A DNA stretch of 64,000 bases from Bacteroidales bacterium (GTDB lineage: Bacteria; Bacteroidota; Bacteroidia; Bacteroidales; UBA3663). The stretch's first letter is position 1, and every line of letters begins with the position of its first letter. The DNA lies in the NCBI GenBank assembly GCA_017618715.1, contig JAFZTS010000032.1, forward strand, positions 19,111 through 83,110, given 5' to 3'. Under the pieces are notes generated by a model, which saw only the letters and a list, made by a program, of their open reading frames with translations, did not search any database and was not told where the DNA came from. Positions 39,004-46,934 of this stretch are shown in pieces. Position numbers and translations under genes: made by a program.

Positions 39004-39888
39004 TTAATAGTATTTATTGAACCGAATCACCACCCAGTCGTGATGACTACGATGATGATGATATGTAAGGCCCAGCTGTTCGGCGCAAGTTCGGATGGCT
39101 GGGATATCTGTTTCATAGAAACCACTCATCAATAGGATGGAACCCGGACGCATGACACTGATGTAACGCTCCATGTCTTGAAGCAAGACGTTACGATTGA
39201 TATTTGCGAGAACGAGGTCATAAGTGGGACCCTCGGTGAGAAGAGAGGCATCGCCACAATCAACCTTCATCTTGCCAGCCAATCCATTGTAAAGCACGTT
39301 GTCAATTGCATTGGATGCTACCCAATCGTCAATCTCAATGGCTCGCACATATTCTGCTCCAACGAGGGCGCAGAGAATGCCAAGCACTCCCGTACCAGTT
39401 CCCATATCAAGCACCTTGCCTGTCGGCTTGATTTCCAGAATCTCCTCAAGAAGTTGGCTCGTCGTCTCATGAGTGCCCGAACCGAACGACATGCGTGGGT
39501 CAATGATCACCTCGTATCGACACGATGGAATCTGACTGGCAGGCGTGAGAGGTGAATGCACACAACACTCCTCTCCTACTACAATAGGATCGAACTGGTG
39601 ACTCTGCTCCCATTGTTGGTTCCAGTCTTGCATCTCGACAACCGTGGATTCCCATTTCACCTCGACATCAGGTAAGGGCAGGTTGTCAAGCACGGCAGTC
39701 AGTTGCTGTTCCGAGAACCCTTTCTCAGGGATATATGCCTTGAGACAAGCCGATTCTTCCGTTTCGACGGAAAATGAATCGTATCCCAGCGGAGCCAACA
39801 GCGCAGCAAGGACGTCACATGTGTCTTCTGAAAATGGGCTCGATGTCAATCTGACTTCTATATAATTCATAGATTTATTCGAAAACAA
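39004..39888 (-). CDS. prmA: ribosomal protein L11 methyltransferase
   Basis: 294-aa ORF with a PrmA N-domain, the SAM motif VLDMGTGTGVLGI and LANI. Confidence 0.88.
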   Translation of the reverse strand: MFSNKSMNYIEVRLTSSPFSEDTCDVLAALLAPLGYDSFSVETEESACLKAYIPEKGFSEQQLTAVLDNLPLPDVEVKWESTVVEMQDWNQQWEQSHQFDPIVVGEECCVHSPLTPASQIPSCRYEVIIDPRMSFGSGTHETTSQLLEEILEIKPTGKVLDMGTGTGVLGILCALVGAEYVRAIEIDDWVASNAIDNVLYNGLAGKMKVDCGDASLLTEGPTYDLVLANINRNVLLQDMERYISVMRPGSILLMSGFYETDIPAIRTCAEQLGLTYHHHRSHHDWVVIRFNKYY

Positions 39889-39953
39889 CTGTTAAAAGTT
39901 AAATTATAACTGTTAAATGAAACCTTGTTTTGTTAAAACCAATTTCTATGCCG

Positions 39954-39961
39954 CAAAGATA
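39954..39961 (-). promoter_or_regulatory. -7 promoter box (TATCTTTG on minus strand) for prmA
   Basis: CAAAGATA on the + strand, 66 nt upstream of start 39888. Confidence 0.55.
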
Positions 39962-40059
39962 GTGTATTTTTTGCTATCAAGGGTCAAAATAATCAAAGTT
40001 TTTTTAAACTTTTATTAGCTTTCCTCGTCCAAACACTGAAAATTAAAACCAACATAGCA

Positions 40060-41292
40060 ATGATGAAACGTATGATTCTGGCTGCAATGGCAGTGTTAGT
40101 CACACTACCTGCAGCAATTTCGACTATGGCTCAGGACGACGTCTATTACAGCCGTAAGAACAGCCGCAAGCTGACTTACGAATCGACCTCGAACGACGTC
40201 TGGTCCACCAAGGCCAACGACGATTGGGATGTGGACGCCTACAACCGTCGATCGTCTTCGTTCAACACCACACCCGAAATAACTCTGCAAAGCGACAGTC
40301 TGATGCTTTCTGCACGACCCAAGACTGTGCCTGACACCATCTATGTGGTGGAACAGTATTATAACAGCAACCGTATCCGTCGCTTCCACAATCCTCGCTT
40401 CACATGGTGGATGTGGGATCCTTGGTATGACGTTGCTTATTGGGATCCCTACTTCTGGGATTACTGCTACTGGGATCCCTGGTGGTATGTTACTCCCGCC
40501 TTCGGTTTTCACTGGGGCAACTGGTGGTATGGCTGGAACTATGGCTATTACACTGGTTGGTATGGCGGATGGTATTCTCCATTCTATCGTCCTTATCCCC
40601 ACTATTGGGGTCCCTACTGGTATGGCGGCGGTGGTTACCGTAGCAACACAGGCGGACACTATGCCCACTTCAATAGTCATGGACGTAGCAGTTTCCACAG
40701 CGGACGCAGCAGCACACGCACTCCGGGCATGACTTCCCAGCACGGCATTGCCAGCCGCAACGGCACCGGCATCCACAACAGCAACCTGCGCAGCCATGGC
40801 AATCGCGGACGTAATGGCAACAACGTGGCTACACGCGCTGGCAATAGCATTTCTCGTGGCGGCGGTTCACGCGGCACACTGGGCTCCAGCAGTAGGAACA
40901 GCTCACGCGGCTCTGCAATAGGATCCTCTCGCGTTGATGGCAGCACCCACAGCAGCCGCAGTCTCGACAACAGCGGTGCACGTCGCAGTGCAAATGGCAT
41001 GCGCCAGTCCGACACCGGTCGCACAACATCGCGTCAATCTGGCGTTGGTGCCACCCGCAACGGTGCACGCACCAGTGCAGGTGTAAGCAGCAGAGGCACC
41101 GGTACGTATAGAAGTAATGGAAGTTACGTCGGCGGCGGCAGTCACAGCGGCGGTGGCGGCTACAGTGGCGGCAGCACACGCGGTGGCGGCTACAGTGGCG
41201 GCGGCGGTGGCGGCAGTCACAGCAGCGGCGGCGGTGGCGGAGGAAGCCATAGCGGCGGTGGCGGTGGTCACAGCGGCGGTGGTCGCCGATAA
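40060..41292 (+). CDS. secreted Trp/Tyr-rich and Gly/Ser/Arg-rich low-complexity protein (WxxGxW-like repeats)
   Basis: 410-aa ORF with a signal peptide (LPAAISTMAQD). The aromatic core contains three WDP decapeptides plus HWGNWWYGW and HYWGPYWYG. A Ser/Arg/Gly/Asn-rich region follows. The C-terminus is GGGSHSGGGG repeats ending in RR. Confidence 0.7.
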   Translation: MMKRMILAAMAVLVTLPAAISTMAQDDVYYSRKNSRKLTYESTSNDVWSTKANDDWDVDAYNRRSSSFNTTPEITLQSDSLMLSARPKTVPDTIYVVEQYYNSNRIRRFHNPRFTWWMWDPWYDVAYWDPYFWDYCYWDPWWYVTPAFGFHWGNWWYGWNYGYYTGWYGGWYSPFYRPYPHYWGPYWYGGGGYRSNTGGHYAHFNSHGRSSFHSGRSSTRTPGMTSQHGIASRNGTGIHNSNLRSHGNRGRNGNNVATRAGNSISRGGGSRGTLGSSSRNSSRGSAIGSSRVDGSTHSSRSLDNSGARRSANGMRQSDTGRTTSRQSGVGATRNGARTSAGVSSRGTGTYRSNGSYVGGGSHSGGGGYSGGSTRGGGYSGGGGGGSHSSGGGGGGSHSGGGGGHSGGGRR

Positions 41293-41298
41293 AGACTA

Positions 41299-41331
41299 TG
41301 ATAGCGGCAATCTGAAACTGGTTGCCGCTAT
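41299..41331 (+). terminator. hairpin between the low-complexity protein gene and the barrel gene (possible terminator or attenuator)
   Basis: GATAGCGGCAA (41299..41309) pairs with TTGCCGCTATC (41321..41331). No clear T-run follows. Confidence 0.4.
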
Positions 41332-41392
41332 CTTCAAGAATCTCAACGTGAACTACTATTCAATTTGTCTTTCATTGAATATCGTCATATAT

Positions 41393-42976
41393 ATGAAACG
41401 CAGTATATTTTTGGCAGTCACCGCTTTCATGGTTGCTGCTTCGACAAACGCACAGAATATTGTCAACGCTGTACATATCGGCACCGAAAGCATCAGTGGA
41501 ACAGCACGCTATCGGTCGATGGCAGGAGCCTTCGGCGCTTTGGGCGGTGACCCATCGGTGATGACCGACAACCCTGCTGGCTTGGCAATTTACCGTGGCA
41601 CCAATGTCTTGACCGTTACCCCACACTGGGGATTCACCGGCACAAAGTCAAAAGGAACGGAGGAAGCCACGAACAAGGACAACAACTTCGCTCTTTCGAA
41701 CCTTTCGGCCATCTTCTCATACCGAACACCCAACAGCGACAACCTCGTGAACTTCACGTTCGGCCTCAGCATTGACCGACAGTACGAGAACAACTCGAAA
41801 TACAACACCATCATCGATGGCGGAAGCAGCTTCGGCGAATACCTAACGAACCAGGCGAACAACTATCTGGGCGGCACATTGTCACCATCTACAGCCTTCG
41901 ACTGGCACAACGAAGGTACAACCGCACCCTTCCTTACCATGCTGGCTTATGATCAATTCGCCGTTGTCGATGACCCCTTCAACCCGCATGCTGTTCTCAA
42001 TCCCGTGAAAGTGTATAAAGAGAATAACAAAGAACCATATATTCCCTACAAGCGTCTCTATGTGAACGAGGAAACTCGTCTGGACCACTATAACATCTCG
42101 GGTGCCTTCAATATCAACGACATCTTCTATTTGGGTGCAACAATGAGCATCTCCGACTATCGTTCCATCCAAAGGACGGAGTTCTGCGAAGACTACGACT
42201 ACGACTATATGGGCAGTTTCGTTGACTATAACAACGATGTGGAGTTCAAGGGTTCGGGCATCGGCTTCCAAGCAGGTGTAATCTGGTCGCCTTTTGACAG
42301 CTGGCGTATCGGTGCATCGGTGCACACTCCTACTTGGACCACCATTGACGAATATTACATAGGATCCATGCTCACCGATGACGAACGTGTGGATGATTGG
42401 ACCGACTTCTCCGACAGTTGGAGGTATGAGTTCAGCACACCGTGGGAATACCAGTTCTCGGCAGCCTATATCTTCGGCACACGTGGTTTGTTGAGCTTTG
42501 AGTATGACATGCGCGACTTCACAACGATGGAGTATTCGCACAACCGCAGCTATGGTCTGACCGACAACTTCTTCAATGGCGCCAACGATTGTATCGACCG
42601 CTATCTCCAGGCACAACACACCTTCAAGGTGGGCAGCGAATATCGTATCACTCCTAATCTAAGTGCGCGACTGGGATATGCTTTTTCCACTTCTCCCTAT
42701 ACTGATGAAGCACTCTATGGCAACATCGCTGCGAGTGACATCAACCAGTGCTATTACGAAACCACCAAGATCAACTACCAGACGCTCGGCAACCAGTACT
42801 ACATCACCGGCGGTCTGGGATGGACAGGCACCAACTGGTATGTCGATGCTGCGTTCATGTACCATCATTCAAAGTATCATGCTGCCGCCTATCCCGGCGA
42901 CTTCGCTCCAACCGAGCCTATCGACGTGAACTTTGGCGAGAAGAACTTTGATGTGACCATCGGATACAGATTCTAA
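41393..42976 (+). CDS. FadL/PorV-like outer-membrane beta-barrel protein
   Basis: The track start at 41117 is an out-of-frame read-through of the upstream Gly-rich repeats. ATG 41393 gives 527 aa with a signal peptide (MVAASTNAQ). The N-terminal plug-like ARYRSMAGAFGALGGDPSVMTDNPAGLA is typical of the FadL/TodX/PorV family. The C-terminus is YRF. Confidence 0.65.
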   Translation: MKRSIFLAVTAFMVAASTNAQNIVNAVHIGTESISGTARYRSMAGAFGALGGDPSVMTDNPAGLAIYRGTNVLTVTPHWGFTGTKSKGTEEATNKDNNFALSNLSAIFSYRTPNSDNLVNFTFGLSIDRQYENNSKYNTIIDGGSSFGEYLTNQANNYLGGTLSPSTAFDWHNEGTTAPFLTMLAYDQFAVVDDPFNPHAVLNPVKVYKENNKEPYIPYKRLYVNEETRLDHYNISGAFNINDIFYLGATMSISDYRSIQRTEFCEDYDYDYMGSFVDYNNDVEFKGSGIGFQAGVIWSPFDSWRIGASVHTPTWTTIDEYYIGSMLTDDERVDDWTDFSDSWRYEFSTPWEYQFSAAYIFGTRGLLSFEYDMRDFTTMEYSHNRSYGLTDNFFNGANDCIDRYLQAQHTFKVGSEYRITPNLSARLGYAFSTSPYTDEALYGNIAASDINQCYYETTKINYQTLGNQYYITGGLGWTGTNWYVDAAFMYHHSKYHAAAYPGDFAPTEPIDVNFGEKNFDVTIGYRF

Positions 42977-42980
42977 AATA

Positions 42981-44924
42981 GTGGAGAATTACCTATCATC
43001 CCTCAATGAGAGCCAACGGGCCGCCGTAGAATACTGCGACGGCCCTCAACTTGTAATTGCCGGTGCCGGATCGGGCAAAACGCGAGTGCTGACCATGAAG
43101 ATTGCCTATCTGCTGACGCATGGATACCATCCTCAAGACATCATCGCACTGACCTTTACCAAGAAGGCGGCGACTGAGATGCAGCAACGCATCCAGCAGA
43201 TCGTTGGTCCAGCGCCAGCCCGTCGTCTCTGGATGGGCACCTTCCACTCTCTCTTTTGCCGTATCCTGCGGCGCGAAGCGAGTCGTCTTGGCTTTCGTTC
43301 AGACTTCACCATCTACGACCAGTCTGACTCACGTTCCTTGATCAAGACCATCATCAAGGAGATGGAACTCGACGACAAGATATACAAGCCCAACTCCGTG
43401 CAGGCGCAAATCTCGAATGCAAAGAACAACCTGATCACGCCAGGCATGTACAGTGCAAACAAGGAACTCCTCTCCTACGACATCCGCTCCAAGCGACCCA
43501 AGCTGCACATAATCTATCAAAACTACTGGAACCGCTGCTTCCAAGCAGGAGCAATGGATTTCGACGACCTGCTGGTCTATACCAACATCCTCTTCCGCGA
43601 CCACCCCGATGTTCTCGAATTCTACCAGCAGTATTTCAGCTATGTGCTCGTCGATGAGTATCAGGATACCAACCGCGCCCAACATCTTATCGTCGAACAA
43701 CTGGCCGCCAAGCATTGTCATCTCTGCGTAGTGGGTGACGATGCTCAATCAATCTATTCATTCCGTGGCGCAAATATCCACAACATCCTGGATATGCAGC
43801 ACAAGATACCCGATACCAAGCTCTTCAAGTTGGAGCAGAACTACCGTTCAACTCAAAACATCGTGGATGCCGCCAACTCTCTCATCGCCAAAAACAAGGA
43901 TCAGATCCACAAAACAATCTTCAGTGAGAAGGACCGAGGTTCAAAACTCATCCTCACCGGCACCTATTCCGACTTGGAGGAATCCTATCAGGTAGCGGGA
44001 CGCGTACAGACGCTTCACGACGACCAAGGGTATAGATATCGGGACATCGCCATACTTTACCGCACAAACGCTCAGAGCCGAACGTTGGAAGAGGCGCTCC
44101 GCAAACGCAATATCCTCTATCGTATCTATGGAGGTCTGTCATTCTATCAGCGCAAGGAAATCAAGGATATCATCAGCTATCTGCGACTCATCACCAACCC
44201 TGCCGACGAAGAGGCCTTCAAACGCGTCATCAACTATCCAGCCCGCGGCATCGGACAGACCACCGTCAACAAAGTGGCAAGTATCGTTGCGACCGGAAAG
44301 ACCTTCTTTGAAGTTTGCGCCGACCCCGAAGCGTACCAACTGGATGTCAATAAGGGAACGTCAGCCAAACTGCGTGGTTTCACGGCCCTCATCCAGCATT
44401 TCCAGGAGTTGAATGCAGAACTCAATGCCTATCAGCTTTGCGAACGCGTCATCACCGAGAGCGGCATTAAGGCCGACTTGGCACAAGATATTACGGTTGA
44501 AGCCATTAGCCGAAGGGAAAACGTTCAGGAACTTCTATCTGCCATTCAAACCTTTACGTTGGGTGCTGTCGAAGAAGGCCGCGAAGTCAAGCTTGTCGAT
44601 TTCCTGGCCGACGTTTCATTAAGTGGCGACATGGAACCGGAAGTTCACAATGCCGATGATGACATCAAGAATTCCGATTACGTCTCATTAATGACTATCC
44701 ATTCGGCCAAGGGTCTGGAGTTCAAGAACGTTTTCATCGTGGGCATCGAGGAGAATCTCCTGCCTTCCGAAATGTCGTTGAACGAACCGGGCGGTTTGGA
44801 AGAAGAACGTCGCTTGCTCTACGTGGCCCTCACCCGTGCCGAAGAGAATTGTTATCTGAGCTATGCCAAGTCCCGCTTCCGCAATGGAAAGAGCGAAGCG
44901 TGCAAACCCAGCCGTTTCCTGTAG
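42981..44924 (+). CDS. uvrD: UvrD/PcrA/Rep-family (SF1A) DNA helicase core, terminated by an in-frame TAG
   Basis: 647-aa ORF with a GTG start. It has Walker A (AGAGSGKT), VDEYQDTN, YRSTQNI and motif VI (YVALTRAEE), and ends ...PSRFL-TAG. The frame stays open downstream (see next feature). Confidence 0.88.
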   Translation: MENYLSSLNESQRAAVEYCDGPQLVIAGAGSGKTRVLTMKIAYLLTHGYHPQDIIALTFTKKAATEMQQRIQQIVGPAPARRLWMGTFHSLFCRILRREASRLGFRSDFTIYDQSDSRSLIKTIIKEMELDDKIYKPNSVQAQISNAKNNLITPGMYSANKELLSYDIRSKRPKLHIIYQNYWNRCFQAGAMDFDDLLVYTNILFRDHPDVLEFYQQYFSYVLVDEYQDTNRAQHLIVEQLAAKHCHLCVVGDDAQSIYSFRGANIHNILDMQHKIPDTKLFKLEQNYRSTQNIVDAANSLIAKNKDQIHKTIFSEKDRGSKLILTGTYSDLEESYQVAGRVQTLHDDQGYRYRDIAILYRTNAQSRTLEEALRKRNILYRIYGGLSFYQRKEIKDIISYLRLITNPADEEAFKRVINYPARGIGQTTVNKVASIVATGKTFFEVCADPEAYQLDVNKGTSAKLRGFTALIQHFQELNAELNAYQLCERVITESGIKADLAQDITVEAISRRENVQELLSAIQTFTLGAVEEGREVKLVDFLADVSLSGDMEPEVHNADDDIKNSDYVSLMTIHSAKGLEFKNVFIVGIEENLLPSEMSLNEPGGLEEERRLLYVALTRAEENCYLSYAKSRFRNGKSEACKPSRFL

Positions 44925-45422
44925 GATATCGATAGGCAGTTTATCCAGCAGACAGGCGCAAGTAATTCAAGCACCGACTACGGCAGCGCAGGAGGCGGAA
45001 GGTTCGGCTATGATTATGGCGGACATGGCGGCTTTGGATCGGGATATGGCGAAGAAAAGAAGATAGACAAGCGAAATATCGTATGGGAACATCCGGCAGA
45101 GCGGCCGAGAACACAAAACAAGCCAGAACAAAAAGCTTCACCCCTCGATCTGTCTGGTCCTATCCGAAAGACCATCCGTCCCAATGGAGCATATTCAGAG
45201 GGCATGAAGCCTCAAACACCCCCCACTCCGTCCGAATCGGCTACCATCACCTACAATGGCCAACTTTTGAAGGCCGGCTTACGCATAGCCCATGACCGAT
45301 TCGGCGAAGGCACCATCACTTCCGTTGATGGCAGCAACGACAATGCCCGCATCTCCGTCCATTTCGACCATGTAGGAAACAAGACCCTGCTTCTGAAATA
45401 CGCAAAAATCAAAGTGCTGTAG
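44925..45422 (+). pseudogene. in-frame continuation of the helicase: low-complexity linker plus Tudor-like UvrD/PcrA C-terminal domain
   Basis: My hand translation in the helicase frame from 44925 shows no stop until TAG at 45420..45422. The text is DIDRQFIQQ...GGRFGYDYGGHGGFGSGYG...HDRFGEGTITSVDGSNDNARISVHFDHVGNKTLLLKYAKIKVL. The track ORF 45204..45422 is in the same frame. Confidence 0.75.
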
Positions 45423-45440
45423 GCACAAGGGTTCATCAAC

Positions 45441-45481
45441 CGACAAGCGCGTCAAGGCAAATTGCCTTGACGCGCTTGTCG
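45441..45481. terminator. bidirectional terminator, 41-nt near-perfect palindrome (20-bp arms)
   Basis: CGACAAGCGCGTCAAGGCAA, then A, then TTGCCTTGACGCGCTTGTCG. It sits between the convergent helicase and tig genes. Confidence 0.8.
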
Positions 45482-45541
45482 TAATTATTTAGTAGTTATT
45501 ATCTTCTATAGTTACTATGAATACTATAGTATCTATATCAA

Positions 45542-46891
45542 TTAAGCCAGCAGCTTCTGGAACTCGTCGATGGTAACCTCCTTCTGTTCAAGGGTGATGG
45601 CATTACCCAGGAAGTTCATAATCTTGCGAGTGATGGCGCTGTCACGAAGCTGACCACGCTGCTTCTCATCCTTGAGCATATCCTCGGCGTACTGCTTCAT
45701 GTACTCTTCTGGGATGTTCGTGAATCCATACTGGGCCATCTGTGCCTGTACGCGGCCCTGAGCCTCAGCCTTGATGTCGTCATCGGTGATATTGATTTCG
45801 TTGGCGGCTACGATCTTCTCCTCAATGAGCTGCCATGTCAAATCCTCCAGCATCTTGGGGAAGTCCTCATCGAGCTTTTTTGCATCGCGTTTCTCGTCCT
45901 TCGAAAGAAGCCACTTCTTGAGGCTTGCCTCAGGGAACTTGAGCTGCCCCACCTGGTCAATGAGCGTCTTGCGCGTATCCATGCTGAACTTGTAGTCGCT
46001 GTTGCTCTTGTACTGAAGTGCAATCTGAGTGGCTACGGTTTTACGGAACTGCTCCTCGGTGGTGCACTCGTCACCAAATACCTTCTTGAAGAACTCCTCG
46101 TTGAGTTCTGCGGGTTCGTGGTGATTGATCTCGGTGATGGTGAAGCGGAAATTGGAAGTGAGACCTGCGACCTCCTCCTTGGTCTTGCCAAGCAACGATG
46201 AGAGTTCGCTTGCATTGTTGTTGTAGGCAGCAGCGGGATTGAAATCTACGCTTGAGAATTTCTTTGCTCCCTCAAACTTGGCCTTCTCCTCCTCGCTATT
46301 CATGTAGCGAGGATAAACCGTTGTGCCTTCGTACAAGATGCCACCTTCCTTGATGCTGCCGTCGGCATCAAGCTCGGCGATATCACCCTTGATGACATCA
46401 TCCTGGGTAGCCGTGTCAGTGTTGACATATTCGCCATACTGAGCCTGGTAGGTCTTCACTTGAGTGTCAATCATCTCATCGGTCACCTTGATGTTATAGT
46501 AAGGCACCTTCACGCTCTTGTCAACGGTAAGGTTGAACTCGGGAGCAATGGCAATATCGAAACTTACGGTGAAATTCTCCTCGTTAGCAAAATCGACAGG
46601 TTTCTGATCCTGTGCCACCATAGGTTCGCCGAGGACATTGAGCTTGTTGTCTGCGATATACTTGTACATCGAATCGTTGATCAACTTATTGACCTCATCG
46701 ATAATGATCTGCGTGCCATACATCCTCTTCACGAGGCTTGCAGGAACCATACCCTTACGGAAACCGGGCATCTGTACCTTCTTACGGGTCTCCTTGATCT
46801 GCTTCTCAACAGCTTCTGCGTAGTCAGCCTTCTCAATATCGAGGCTGAGGACGATATTCACGTCATCTACGACTTTCTTAGTAATATTCAT
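45542..46891 (-). CDS. tig: trigger factor
   Basis: 449-aa ORF with the ribosome-binding N-domain motif GFRKGMVP, an FKBP-like middle and a helical C-domain. Confidence 0.88.
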   Translation of the reverse strand: MNITKKVVDDVNIVLSLDIEKADYAEAVEKQIKETRKKVQMPGFRKGMVPASLVKRMYGTQIIIDEVNKLINDSMYKYIADNKLNVLGEPMVAQDQKPVDFANEENFTVSFDIAIAPEFNLTVDKSVKVPYYNIKVTDEMIDTQVKTYQAQYGEYVNTDTATQDDVIKGDIAELDADGSIKEGGILYEGTTVYPRYMNSEEEKAKFEGAKKFSSVDFNPAAAYNNNASELSSLLGKTKEEVAGLTSNFRFTITEINHHEPAELNEEFFKKVFGDECTTEEQFRKTVATQIALQYKSNSDYKFSMDTRKTLIDQVGQLKFPEASLKKWLLSKDEKRDAKKLDEDFPKMLEDLTWQLIEEKIVAANEINITDDDIKAEAQGRVQAQMAQYGFTNIPEEYMKQYAEDMLKDEKQRGQLRDSAITRKIMNFLGNAITLEQKEVTIDEFQKLLA

Positions 46892-46934
46892 TTTTGTTTG
46901 TATTAAATATAATGATTTCTATTTCTTACGATGA

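Noticed and set aside
40105-41392. Ala-, Cys- and Thr-rich ORFs on both strands over the Gly-rich repeat region (40105..40797, 40677..41024, 40829..41179 and 40903..41271, plus the 41117 start of the barrel ORF)
   Set aside because: They are frame artefacts of GGC/GGT/AGC repeat DNA. The + strand frame with a signal peptide and coherent repeats explains the region. The barrel gene has its own signal peptide from ATG 41393.
44922-44924. Genome-wide reassignment of TAG to a sense codon as the explanation for the in-frame stop in the helicase
   Set aside because: TAG also ends the DUF4919-like gene (7264..7266) and the helicase C-terminal frame itself (45420..45422). Reading through those would extend the ORFs into terminator hairpins. 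All other genes end in TAA or TGA at sensible positions. A local event is more likely.
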